DNA of 64,000 bases from an uncultured Rivularia sp. (lineage in GTDB: Bacteria > Cyanobacteriota > Cyanobacteriia > Cyanobacteriales > Nostocaceae): the NCBI GenBank assembly GCA_963665115.1, contig OY762007.1:4768001-4832000 (forward strand), given 5' to 3'. Below are positions 31,172 to 42,623 of the stretch, piece after piece. The first letter of the stretch is position 1, and each line of letters starts with the position of its first letter. Made by a program: the position numbers and the translations under genes. The notes below the pieces were generated by a model. The model had not been told where the DNA came from. It saw only the letters and a program-made list of their open reading frames with translations, and made no database searches.

Positions 31172-34100
31172 TTATTCAGACTCGTAAGTATATTTAGCTC
31201 CTGTATATAGGGCTATTTTTTGTAAAAGAAGTTCTTCTTGAAACGGTTTAGGAATAAAATCATCGCAGCCAATCGCCAACATCAATTGTTTGTTTTCGTT
31301 AAATGCTGTTGCAGTTAAAGCAATAATTGGCGTGCTACTTTCAGTATTTATTTTTTCTTCTTTTTCTTGTTGCTTAATTATTTTGGTAGCTTGATATCCA
31401 TCCATAACTGGCATTCGCATATCCATCAGTATTAGTTGTGGATGGTATTTTTCCCATAAATCAATTGCTTCTTGACCATTACTAGCTTCTATTAACTTAA
31501 ATCCAATGGGAGAAAGAATTTGTATTAATAATTGACGATTATCCCAATTATCTTCAACTAAAAGAATACAAAATTCTGTTTGATTAGCAACTAAACCAGT
31601 TACACGCCCTTTTGGTAAAGATTGATTTACTTGCTGATGGTTTGCGGAACCAGAAAGAATATCAAATTTAACTATAGTTCCTTGTTGTAAAGTACTTTCA
31701 ATATTGATATTACCACCCATTAATCGCACAAAACGCTTGCAAATTGCCAAACCCAAACCCGTTCCATCTTCAACTTGATAAGTCGGATTGCTTTGCACAA
31801 ATGCATCAAAGATATTGTTTAATTCTTCCGGTGCGATACCTCTTCCGGTATCTGTAATTTGGAATTGCAAACTTAGCGTAGAAGGGGAGGAAGAATTTTC
31901 TGTATTTTCTGCTCCATTTATCTCGTTTTCAAAAATGCCTACTCGTAACTCGACGCTACCAGAATCGGTAAACTTGATGGCGTTTCCTACTATGTTAATT
32001 AATACCTGACGCAGTTTGTTTTCGTCGGTTTGTATATATTGAGGAAGTTCTGGATTTAACTCAAATGTTAACCGTAATTGTTTCGATCTTGCTTTGATAT
32101 GCAACATTGATTCGATGCCATCAAGCAGATTGTACAAATCGAAGCTGGTAATATTAAGTTCTGCCATACCTGCTTCAATTTTGGAAATGTCTAAAATATC
32201 GTTAATTAAACCTAATAAATGCTGCCCGCTGCGAAGTATGGTATCTAAATATTGTTTTTGCTGAGTTTGTAAATTGCGCTGTCGGTTTAAAATTTGCGTA
32301 AAGCCAAGAATTGCATTAAGTGGTGTTCGCAATTCATGAGTCATTCTGGCAAGAAATTCGCTTTTGGCATGATTAGCGGCTTCGGCATTTTGTTTTGCAT
32401 AAGTTAACTCTTGACTTTGCCGTTCTAATTTGGTGTTTGCTTGCAGCAAATTAGTAATATCGCTGGAAATACCGCAAACTCCGTAAGCTTCTCCACCAGA
32501 ATCTAGTAAAGGAGCTTTGATAGAAAGATAAGTGAATAAGTTTTCTTGAAAAGGAAGGGTTTCGTCAAATTCCAAAGGAGTCTTAGATGCAATAACCTGC
32601 TTATCGTTAGCACGTATATTATTGGCTACTTCTTGAGGAAATAATTCATAGTCGGTTTTTCCTAAAATTTGAGATTCTGATAACTGAGTTAAATTTAAAT
32701 ACTGCTGATTAACTAATAAATAACGCCCTTCGATATCTTTGACAAAAATTACTGATGCGGTGTTATCTAAAATAGCTCGAAGTTGCTTTTCGTTTTGCTG
32801 CAATGCATCGTAAGTTTGGCTGAGTTGTTCTTGAACTTTTTTGATTTCATTGATATCTACAAAAGTTAAAACTAAACCATCGAAACTGCTATCCTCTTGA
32901 CGATATGGGAAAATCCGCATTAATAAGTTAACGCCAGTTTTATTTAACTTGACTTCTCGTTCTACCGATTGCTGGTTAGCTATAACTTCTTCTAATAGGG
33001 CAATAAAATTTTCACAGTCCATATTATGGGACAAATGTTCCAAAGGACGATTGATATCTGCTTCTACTAAGTTAATTGCAGCAGTTGCAGCGGGAGTAAA
33101 TTTACGGATTTTTAATTCTCTATCTAAGAAAACAACACCAATATCTGTGGTACGAAGCAAGTTTTCTACATCGCTGTTAAGTTCTGTTAGTTCCAGGATT
33201 TTCGATTGATATTGAGAATTGACGGTATGCAGTTCTTCGTTAACCGAATGCAATTCCTCATTTGTACTTTGCAACTCTTCGTTAGAGGCAATTAATTCTT
33301 CGTTAGTAGCTTGCTGTTCTTCGTTAGTGGTTTCAAGTTCTTCAATCGTGGCTTGCAAGTTCTCGCGGGTTTGCTGAAGTTCGTATTCTAACTCTGTAAT
33401 TCGGTGAGATGCTTCTGCGTCTGCTTCAAAATAATCAGCGTTTGAGTCTTGTTCTATTAAGTGTTTCTCTTGCTTAATCTCGACTCTATAAAAATCTCCG
33501 GATAGCACCTTGCTAGCTTTATAATGGCTAACTTTAAGGCTAACCATAATATTTACGGTTTCTTTTTCTAGCTTAATTCCGGTATAGATAACGGAACGCT
33601 TTTCCCGTTTGGCTCGGTGTAATGCCGTATTTAAAGGTAATTCTAAGGCGGGTACTACTAACTTTATCGCATCTTGAGTCACGCGACCGTAACGAATCTC
33701 TAGTACGTCTGCGGTATTTCCGAATACATGAAGAACTTGATTATCTTTATTTACAATTAAGCAAGTTGAATTATTTTCGGTTAATACCGAATTCAGGGTT
33801 TCTTCGAGCAATGGTAAATCGCGGGTTTTACTTAAATCTTTAGATTTCAGTGGCGGTAGAGAACGTTTGGAATAGCTATCAAAACCTTGGAAACTCAAAG
33901 GTAAGAGGATATCGCGCTGTTTCTGAAATATTTTTAATTTTTTCTCAACTTGTGCAAATTCATCTTCAAAATCTCCGACTGTTTCCGATTCTCCTAAAAA
34001 CAAATAGCCTTTTGTAATTAAAGAAAAGTGGAGATTTCGTAATACCTGCTTCTGCAATTGTGGCTGCATATAAATCAGCACATTGCGACAGCTGATTAAA

Positions 34101-35369
34101 TGCATTCGCGTGAAACCTGCGTCTTTCGTGAGATCCTGTGGAGCAAAAATCAGCATCTCCCGCAGTTTCCGCACGACTTCATAGGATTGGTTCCCAGGAA
34201 TAAAATACTTTTCTAAACGTTCATCACTTATATCTTTGGCTATATTTTCCGGATAAACCCCCGCAGCAGCTTTTTCCAAAGCAATTTTATCAATATCTGT
34301 GGCAAATATTTTTACTTTTACCTGTTTTTCTAAATCGGAAATTGCTTCATCAAGCAGTATCGCTAAAGAATAAGCTTCTTCTCCCGTAGCGCAAGCACTA
34401 ATCCAACATCTAATTTCTCCTCCCGGCTTGGTTTCTGCTACCAAAGAAGGAATAATATTATTTTCTATAAATTGCCAAGCTTTCGCATCTCGGAAAAACT
34501 TAGTAACGCTAATCAGCAGATCGTTACAAAGAACTTCTAATTCTTCAGTATCTACCTGCAAGCGCAAAATATAATCATCAATGCTATTGCATTCAGTAAT
34601 CAAACAGCGGCGATGAATCCTTCTTGAAAGTGTAGAAGGTTTGTAATGAGAAAAATTTATATTATTATGGCGGTTAACTATATTAGTAATTTGTTGTAGC
34701 TTAGAAGAATCGAGCAAAAGTGTAGGATGTTCGTTAATTTTTTGGATATCCGCAGGTGATTTGAGATAATTATAAATAGTCTCCGCTAATTCTTGTGGCG
34801 AGCCGATTCTATCTACAAGCCTTGTAGAAATAGCACTCGTTGGCATTCCATCAAACTCAGCAGTCCCCGGATCTTGCGACATGACGATCGCACCTTTTTC
34901 GTTGAGCAAGCGTAAGCCCTCGGAAACCATCGCTACCGCTACCCGAAAGAATCACCCCCACAGAGCGATCGCCAACATCTTCAGCCAAGGATTGCAAAAA
35001 TATATCTATGGGGAAGTTAGGTTTGGGACGGTTTCTATCCTGCGGTTGAAAGTAGAGTTTTCGTTCTTGTATAACTAAATTTATACCGGGAGGAATCAAA
35101 TAAATGCAATTGGATTCGAGTGCCATCCCATCTTCGACTCGATACACCTTCATTTTGGTATAGCGTTCGAGTAGTTCCTTCATCAAACTCTTGAAATCCG
35201 GCGATAAATGCTGGATAACAACGAAAGCCGCGCCACTATCTAAGGGCATATTTTCAAAAAACTCTTCGAGCGCTCGCAACCCTCCCGCAGAAGCGCCAAT
35301 ACCTACCACAAAAAAGTTTTTACCGACGTTTGCAGTTTCTTGTTGATTTTCGTCAGAGATAGAAGTCAT
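31172..35369 (-). CDS. CheB-CheR-PAS-PAS-HisKA-HATPase-REC hybrid kinase (copy 2), frameshifted at ~34925
   Basis: [15 protein letters not shown] in 34857-35369 continues into 31172-34930 with [31 protein letters not shown]. Confidence 0.92.
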
Positions 35370-35387
35370 TCGATTTTAGATTAGGAA

Positions 35388-35481
35388 GAAGGAGTTAGGA
35401 GTTAGGAGTTAAGAGTTAAGAGTTGGGAGTTTAAGGATTAGGAGTTAATAATTACCAATTACCAATTACCAATTACCAATT
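35388..35481. repeat. STRR arrays (GGAGTTA then ATTACCA)
   Basis: Tandem heptamers between the two kinase genes. Confidence 0.8.
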
Positions 35482-35483
35482 CT

Positions 35484-38400
35484 CTACCTATCACTTAACT
35501 TAGAAATTCGATCGAATTGATAATTATCTGCTAATTCTTCAAGTTGCAGTTTGAGGCTTTGGTGATGTTCGGGAATTTCAGATAATAGTTGTAAAACTGA
35601 ATCTTGATTGCAGCTAGTTGCTTGCTCGTGAAGAGATTTACACCATTTTTCTGGCATCACTTTTAAAGCTTCACGGGTTAACTTATTTAAACTACTTTGT
35701 TCGGGAGCGATGACGTGATTGTCAGATTCATAAATATATTCAACTTCCAAATATCTAGCTATTTTGTTTAAAAGAATATCTTCCTGAAGTGGTTTGCGGA
35801 TAAAATCATTGCAACCCAATTCCAACATGAATTTTTTATCTTCATTAAATGCGGTTGCAGTTAAGGCAATAATTGCAGGATTGTTTTGATTTTGATTCTC
35901 CAGAATCTTTTGCTTAATAATTTTGGTAGCTTCATAACCATCCATTACCGGCATTCGCATATCCATCAATATCAGATCCGGCTGTTCTGACTCCCACAAT
36001 TTTATTGCATCTTGACCGTTAGTTGCTTCAATAATTTCAAATCCTAACGGTGTAAGAATTTGTAACAATAATTGACGGTTTTCCCAGTTATCTTCAACTA
36101 CGAGAATGCGATTATTTGGTTGATTGGGTTTTAAACTGAGAATGCGTCCTTGAGGAAGAGACTGAGTTGATTCTTGTGGTTGTTCTGCTAAGCCAAGCGA
36201 AATATTAAATTGAACTGTTGTCCCTTCCCCTAAACTGCTTTGAATATCAATATCTCCACCCATTAACTGTACGAAACGCTTACAAATAGCTAACCCCAAA
36301 CCACTTCCATCTTCAGTTTGATAAGTTGGATTGCTTTGTACGAAAGCATCAAAAATATGCTCTAATTCTTCAGGTGCAATGCCTTTTCCGGTATCTTCTA
36401 TTTGGAAATTGAGACGTAAAGATGAGGAATTTTCTACCCTCTCTACTTCCTCTGCTCTCACTCGCAGTACTACGCTACCTGTTTTAGTAAATTTAATTGC
36501 GTTTTCCAACAAGTTTATCAGTACTTGCCGCAATTTGTTTTCATCAGTTTGCACGTACTGGGGAAGTTCTGGATTTAGATCGAATTTTAATTTTAGTTTT
36601 TTGGCTCTGGCTTTGATATGTAACATTGCTTCGATACCGTCAAGCAAGCTATAGAGATCGAAGTTGCTAAAGTTAACTTCTGCCATCCCGGCTTCTATCT
36701 TGGAAATATCTAAGATATCGTTGATTAATTCCAATAAATGCTTGCTGCTGCGAAGAATTGTATCTAAATACTGTTTTTGTTTGTTTTCTAACTTAGGATT
36801 TCTACTTAAGATTTGCGTGAAACCTAAAATCGCATTAAGTGGTGTTCGCAATTCATGAGTCATTCTGGCAAGAAATCCGCTTTTTGCCTGGTTTGCGGCT
36901 TCTGCTATTTCTTTAGCGCGAACAAGTTCGGTATTAGTTTGGTTTAGTTTATTTTGAATAGAGGTTTGTTTGGTTATATCAGTGGAAATACCGCAAACTG
37001 CATAAGGTTTCCCTTGCTCATCGCATAAAGGTGCTTTGATGGAAATATAAGTATGATTTTCGCCGTCAGGTTGGGGAAGTATTTCTTCAAATTCCAAGAC
37101 AGTATTTTCTGCGATAACTCTCCGATCGTTAGCCTGGTATATTTCGTAACTTCCTGCTGCAAACAGTTCGCTGTCAGTTTTACCTAAAATTTGTTCTAAC
37201 AGCAAACCAGTAACTGCACTAAGCTGTTGATTTCCGAGCAGGTAACGTCCTTCAATATCTTTAACGTAAATGACTGATGTAGTATTATCTAAAACTGCCT
37301 GTAGCTGTTGTTCGTTTTTCTCCAATGCATTATAAGTCTGTTGGAGTTCTTCTTGAACTTGTTTAATTTCATCTACATCTACAAAAGTTAACACCACCCC
37401 ATCACAACATTCTTGTTTTTGCCAATAAGGATAAACCCGCATTAACAAATGTCTTCCCGTAGAACTCAATTTCACTTCTCGTTGCTTTGGTTTTTCGGAG
37501 TTGACAACTGAGTCCAACAGTTCCATAAAATCTGCGAAATTGATATTATTAGTAATATGCTGAATCGGACGACCAATATCTGCATCTACTAAATTGATAG
37601 CGACTGTTGCTGCTGGGGTAAATTTACGAATTTTTAAGTCTCTATCTAGAAATACAACCCCAATATCGGTACTTTGCAGCAAATTATCGACATCGGCATT
37701 TAATTCGGTTAATTCGTTAATTTTTGATTGATATTCGGCATTTACAGTAAAAAGTTCTTCGTTTACCGAATGCAGTTCCTCGTTAGTGCTTTGCAATTCC
37801 TCGTTGGAAGCAATTAATTCTTCGTTAGTGGCTTGCTGCTCTTCATTGGTAGTTTCTAATTCTTCAATAGTTGATTGCAAATTCTCGCGGCTTTGCTGCA
37901 ACTCGTATTCTAAATCCAGTATCCGATGGGATACTTCACTATCTGCCTCAAAATGCTTTGCTTCAATAACGGCTTCAAGCTGTGCATCTTCGGAAATTGT
38001 CACCATCAAAAAGTCACCAGCAATTTTACTTGCTTGTTCGTAGCTAACTTTTAGGCTGAGAATGCGTTGTTTATCACCTTCTCCTACTTTTATTCCGGTG
38101 TATGCAACGGCATTCTGTTCTTTTTGAGCGCGTCGCAATGCAGTATTGAGGGGAAGGTGCAGCGGCGGAATAACTAATTTAATTGCTTCTGTAGTAGGAT
38201 GACCTGTAGGGAATTTAAGTACTTGTGCTAAATCCTCAAACATATAAACAACTTGATTATTTTTATCTACCAGCAGACAAGTTGCTTTTTGCTGCCCCAG
38301 TAAGTTATTTAAAGCAGCTTCAAGCATGGGCTGTTTAGTTGACTGGGGCGCTTGCTTGGCAGGAGGCTGCAATAACAGATGTTTGGAAAAGTTTTCTACA

Positions 38401-39884
38401 CCTCTTACGGGTAAAGGCAGCCGCGAATCTCTAGCTTTTTGATAAATCTTATGTTTTTTCTCAACCGGAACAAGTTCATCTTCAAAATATGCAACCGTCT
38501 CTGCTTCTCCCAGCAATAAAATACCTTTTGGTACCAAGGAAAAATGAAAGTTGCGTAATACTTGCTGCTGTAGCTGCGGCTGCATATAAATCAGCACGTT
38601 GCGGCAAGTAATCAGATGCATCCGAGTAAAGTTAGCATCTTTTGTCAAGTTGTGAGGTGCGAAAATTAACTTTTCTCGCAGTTCCTTCGACACTTGAAAA
38701 CTCTGTTCTTGACGAATAAAATATCGTTCCAAACGCTCGGGATTGAGATCCTTGGCAATACTTTCTGGGTAAATTCCGATCGCTGCTTTTTCTAAAGCGA
38801 TTCTATCGATATCTGTAGCAAAAATTTTGACTTTGAGTTGTTTATCTGAATCGGCAATAGCTTCATCGATCAAAATCGCTAGAGTGTAGGCTTCTTCTCC
38901 TGTCGCGCAGGCACTCACCCAACACCTCAGTTCTCCTCCCCACTCAATTTTTTCTATGATTTGGGGAATGACATTTGTTTCTAAATATTCCCAAGCCCCG
39001 GAATCTCTGAAAAATTTTGTCACGCTAATCAGCAAATCTTGACAAAGAATTTCTCTTTCTTTACGCTCGATTTGCAAGCGCCCAATATAATCATCAATAT
39101 TTTGATATCCGGTAATCAAACAGCGGCGATGAATCCGTCTCGAAAGAGTCGAAGGCTTGTAATGAGCAAAATTAATATGTTGATGGCGGTTGAGAATGTT
39201 AGTAATTTGTCCCAATCTAAAAGAATCTAACGCCAGCTTGGAACGCGGTTCGTTATTTTTTTCTTCATTGGCAGGTGCTTTGACAAAATCATAAATAACT
39301 TCTGCCAACTCAAGAGGCGAACCGATACTATCTACAATACGGGTGGCGATCGCACTTTGTGGCATTCCGTCAAACTCAGCCGTAGCCGGATCTTGCACCA
39401 TGCCAATCCCACCAGATTCGTTGAGCATCCGCAAACCTTCCGAACCATCGCTACCAGTTCCCGAAAGCACCACGGCAATAGAGCGATCGCCAGCGTCTTC
39501 ACCTAAAGACTGTAAAAATATATCAATCGGAAAATTAGGTCCAGGACGTTCTCGATCTTGACGCTGTAGCTGCAAGCGGCGATTTCTGACTTCTAAATTT
39601 TGACCGGGAGGAATCAAATAAACGCAATTGGGCTTGATTTCCATCCCATCTTCTACCCGAAAAATCTCCATCCTCGTAGTTCGTCCCAGCAATTCCTTCA
39701 TCAGACTTTTGAAATCTGGCGATAAATGCTGAACGACAACAAACGCAGCCCCGCTATCGGCAGGCATATTAGCAAAGAATTCTTCCAAAGCACGCAGCCC
39801 CCCGGCTGAAGCACCAATTCCTACAACAAAAAAGTCATAGTTTTCTTTGCGATCGGTTTGTAGATTTTCGGAGGTAGAAGTCAT
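35484..39884 (-). CDS. CheB-CheR-PAS-PAS-HisKA-HATPase-REC hybrid kinase (copy 1)
   Basis: Intact 1466-aa ORF with CheB S/H/D triad, CheR motifs, NEEL heptads, H-box, G-boxes and receiver. Confidence 0.95.
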   Translation of the reverse strand: MTSTSENLQTDRKENYDFFVVGIGASAGGLRALEEFFANMPADSGAAFVVVQHLSPDFKSLMKELLGRTTRMEIFRVEDGMEIKPNCVYLIPPGQNLEVRNRRLQLQRQDRERPGPNFPIDIFLQSLGEDAGDRSIAVVLSGTGSDGSEGLRMLNESGGIGMVQDPATAEFDGMPQSAIATRIVDSIGSPLELAEVIYDFVKAPANEEKNNEPRSKLALDSFRLGQITNILNRHQHINFAHYKPSTLSRRIHRRCLITGYQNIDDYIGRLQIERKEREILCQDLLISVTKFFRDSGAWEYLETNVIPQIIEKIEWGGELRCWVSACATGEEAYTLAILIDEAIADSDKQLKVKIFATDIDRIALEKAAIGIYPESIAKDLNPERLERYFIRQEQSFQVSKELREKLIFAPHNLTKDANFTRMHLITCRNVLIYMQPQLQQQVLRNFHFSLVPKGILLLGEAETVAYFEDELVPVEKKHKIYQKARDSRLPLPVRGVENFSKHLLLQPPAKQAPQSTKQPMLEAALNNLLGQQKATCLLVDKNNQVVYMFEDLAQVLKFPTGHPTTEAIKLVIPPLHLPLNTALRRAQKEQNAVAYTGIKVGEGDKQRILSLKVSYEQASKIAGDFLMVTISEDAQLEAVIEAKHFEADSEVSHRILDLEYELQQSRENLQSTIEELETTNEEQQATNEELIASNEELQSTNEELHSVNEELFTVNAEYQSKINELTELNADVDNLLQSTDIGVVFLDRDLKIRKFTPAATVAINLVDADIGRPIQHITNNINFADFMELLDSVVNSEKPKQREVKLSSTGRHLLMRVYPYWQKQECCDGVVLTFVDVDEIKQVQEELQQTYNALEKNEQQLQAVLDNTTSVIYVKDIEGRYLLGNQQLSAVTGLLLEQILGKTDSELFAAGSYEIYQANDRRVIAENTVLEFEEILPQPDGENHTYISIKAPLCDEQGKPYAVCGISTDITKQTSIQNKLNQTNTELVRAKEIAEAANQAKSGFLARMTHELRTPLNAILGFTQILSRNPKLENKQKQYLDTILRSSKHLLELINDILDISKIEAGMAEVNFSNFDLYSLLDGIEAMLHIKARAKKLKLKFDLNPELPQYVQTDENKLRQVLINLLENAIKFTKTGSVVLRVRAEEVERVENSSSLRLNFQIEDTGKGIAPEELEHIFDAFVQSNPTYQTEDGSGLGLAICKRFVQLMGGDIDIQSSLGEGTTVQFNISLGLAEQPQESTQSLPQGRILSLKPNQPNNRILVVEDNWENRQLLLQILTPLGFEIIEATNGQDAIKLWESEQPDLILMDMRMPVMDGYEATKIIKQKILENQNQNNPAIIALTATAFNEDKKFMLELGCNDFIRKPLQEDILLNKIARYLEVEYIYESDNHVIAPEQSSLNKLTREALKVMPEKWCKSLHEQATSCNQDSVLQLLSEIPEHHQSLKLQLEELADNYQFDRISKLSDR

Positions 39885-40153
39885 GAGATATTTGACTACG
39901 GATTAATGTGCTATTGTGATTTTCTAGTATGGGGTCTAAATATAGGATAATTGCTTGAATCATTGAAAAAATCAAGTATTAAATAGTCCTTTAAATCGTA
40001 AAGTATCTAATTAGAACTTCAACAAAATTAATTGACTGCCTATGCCATTACAAATACAACTATAGCCAAACAGTAAAAAATAATCTTGTATAATAGTTTA
40101 CTTGCAAATCCTCTTGTTTTATAATCTTGCTTTCTTGAAGAGACATTTTATTG

Positions 40154-41027
40154 CTAAACGGTTTCCATCCAGTCAATGCACTTTTTTAATTCTTGTTGCA
40201 TAGTCTTGACATCAGCATGATATCTACGACCGTGACCTGGTAAAACCCATTCAAAAGAATAATTTGTTAATTTTGGCATTGATTTTTTTAACTCATCCCA
40301 AGAGTACCAGCAGAAATTTCGGAAAGCCACCAGTTGTTTTAATCGATCGGACCAGGGCCAGATGGTCGCCAGCAAACAAAAACTTATCTTTATAGAGTAA
40401 AACAGTGTGCGCCTTAGTATGTCCGGGAACAGTAATAATTAACAATTCTGGAGTTAACTCAAAAGGCTCCTCACCGCTTAACTGAATTTCCACATCGCGA
40501 GTATTTGAACTAATTTCCTCTTCATGAAGAATGCGATCGCAACCAAAATGCTCGGCAAACTTTTGATGATCGGCAACATCATCTCGATGAGTCAGATACA
40601 TATACCGAACTCCGCCCATTTTTTCCAAACGCTTCACCAAAGGCGGTGTAAATCGAGGAGAATCAACTAAGATATTGCCGCCCGGTAGCTGAATAAAATA
40701 ACTCCCAGCACCAAAAGACTTTTCCGAATGGTAGCCGCAATGATAGACATTTTCATCTACTAAAATCGGAAAACTGGATTGAGCATCTTTAATATCCTGC
40801 GGTTTTTCAACAGTACCAATAGAAGCCGTAGGGCAAGATAACAAAGCTTGAAGCGCGGCTAATCTTTGCTTTTCGTCAGTTGGTTGGTGGTGTACCGCTG
40901 ACATTCCAACTTCCCGAGTAAACACCTCCGGAGTCATCCAGCGACAGGTATCGCAATCAATGCAAGTAGTATCAACATAAAAATCGCCGCTAACATTTTC
41001 AGTCCGACGCAGATTTACAGTAGCCAT
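40154..41027 (-). CDS. Ferredoxin-fused MBL-fold metallo-hydrolase, frameshifted at ~40356
   Basis: CIDCDTC...SCP Fe-S motif; THRDDVADH, PGHT, GDH, LPGHG spread over two ORFs. Confidence 0.9.
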
Positions 41028-41162
41028 GTTAAACCTCTTTCAACCGGGTTTCGGATAAAGGTAATTCACCTTTATATAACTAAGGTAGCAAAATTGAAAA
41101 CATATTTTCATAAGCATATAACAGCTTAAAAAAATACTATCTTTTATAAAAAATAAATGGCA

Positions 41163-41405
41163 TTAGGCAACCTCTTTTATCGAATTTAAATCAATACCAT
41201 CAAGTACTGGCAAAGTATGACCATTACGCAATCCTAAAATTATCCAACCTTCTAAAGCATCTTGCAATTCTTCTCTACAAGCCTCTAATGTAGAAGCATT
41301 AGCCCAGACTCCTTGACATTCAGCAATTTCGCTATAAAAAGTTTCATCTTCAAGCAACTCGTAGGTTGCTTTACGCATTGCTCTAGAAATATATTCTGCT
41401 AACAT
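41163..41405 (-). CDS. hicB: HicB-family antitoxin (short form, orphan)
   Basis: YSEIAECQGVWANASTLEACREELQDALEGW...LP pattern. Confidence 0.85.
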   Translation of the reverse strand: MLAEYISRAMRKATYELLEDETFYSEIAECQGVWANASTLEACREELQDALEGWIILGLRNGHTLPVLDGIDLNSIKEVA

Positions 41406-41885
41406 AAAGTGCCACAGCCTTTGAATTTATTTGCTTACAAGCTTACAAGCTGACAAAATTTAATCGCGATCGCCATATCTTCTTATGATAAGCAGTTTTT
41501 CAACTGAAGCTGTTTGTTGGGTTGCGATCTAGATACTATCGTGGTTCTTGTGGAGAAAACAGATGGTTAAGCTCTTACGCAATTAATTTGTATAGTACCC
41601 TTCGTGCAAGATGCATCTCCTGACAGACACGCTGAGCCGCACTATCTCTAAGCCGCAGCTCCGCTGAACGACACATCTATGTCCTTCGGACACGCTTCGC
41701 TAACGATAAACGTGAACGTTAACGCACTACGAGAATTAATCGGAATAACTACGTGAGAAGATCCGTCACTCAAACTGATTTGTGATTACATTTTGCAATA
41801 TAGTTGTAGTATGATTTTGATAAACAGGTAACTAAAAATGCTATTACCCAATTACAAACCTTTCATACCACCTTTTTATTAGCTG

Positions 41886-42518
41886 ATGCAACCCAGTTAT
41901 AAAGGTACATTTGAAGCGCATATCACCGTAAAAGCAAGTAATTTAGCCGTAAAGGAAAAATTTAACTTACTTTGCCAAAACTTAAACATTAAATGCGTAT
42001 TAATCGAGCTAGCTGAAGGTGTAACTCGTTCTCAACCGATGACAGCATCTTATCATCATGGCGCTCTCTCAGACGTACTACAACAAATAAATCAAATAGC
42101 TCAAAAAATAGTTAATGCAGATTTCAAAATTACTCGCATCAAAATTGAAGCGATGGTAAGCAATCGAGATATCCCTATTTCAGATATTGAAGCGCAGCGG
42201 CTACCAAAAAGTAATTATTTCGAGTTTCATGTCAAAGCGATTTTGTCAGCTTCGGAAAATTTAGAAATATTGAAAAAGTATTGTTTGCAGCATGATGCTC
42301 ATCTATCAGCAAATGCTTTTAAGATAGTTGACGGAAAACAGCAGCAATTTATCACTATGCGAGTTTATGGTATGGGATATGAATCTGCTCAACAACGCTT
42401 TGATAATTTATTAAAACTGCTTAAATCAAAAAAATTCAAATTGTCTCAGCAACAGCGAGAATATGCAGTCTATGACAGCAACTTAAACTTAGATGCTGGA
42501 TGGATTAATCAATTTTAA
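41886..42518 (+). CDS. Uncharacterised protein with a twofold internal repeat, upstream of the AbiEii gene
   Basis: 210-aa ORF; FEAHITV...RIKIE repeated as FEFHVK...QQRE; ends DSNLNLDAGW. Confidence 0.85.
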   Translation: MQPSYKGTFEAHITVKASNLAVKEKFNLLCQNLNIKCVLIELAEGVTRSQPMTASYHHGALSDVLQQINQIAQKIVNADFKITRIKIEAMVSNRDIPISDIEAQRLPKSNYFEFHVKAILSASENLEILKKYCLQHDAHLSANAFKIVDGKQQQFITMRVYGMGYESAQQRFDNLLKLLKSKKFKLSQQQREYAVYDSNLNLDAGWINQF

Positions 42519-42579
42519 GGTTCGGAGTAAGCACTTTAGTCCTAAGATTAAGAGCTAAAGCTCTTACTACGAACCTTAA
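42515..42579. repeat. REP-like palindrome, family A
   Basis: TTAAGGTTCGGAGTAAG...CTTTAG...CTAAAG...CTTACTACGAACCTTAA. Confidence 0.75.
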
Positions 42580-42623
42580 CTTAATGAAAGAATGTTAGAT
42601 ATTTATTTTTAATATGAATCAAT

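Noticed and set aside
34857..35369. Stand-alone CheB gene
   Set aside because: It breaks just after the catalytic Asp, and removing one T restores colinearity with the intact paralogue.
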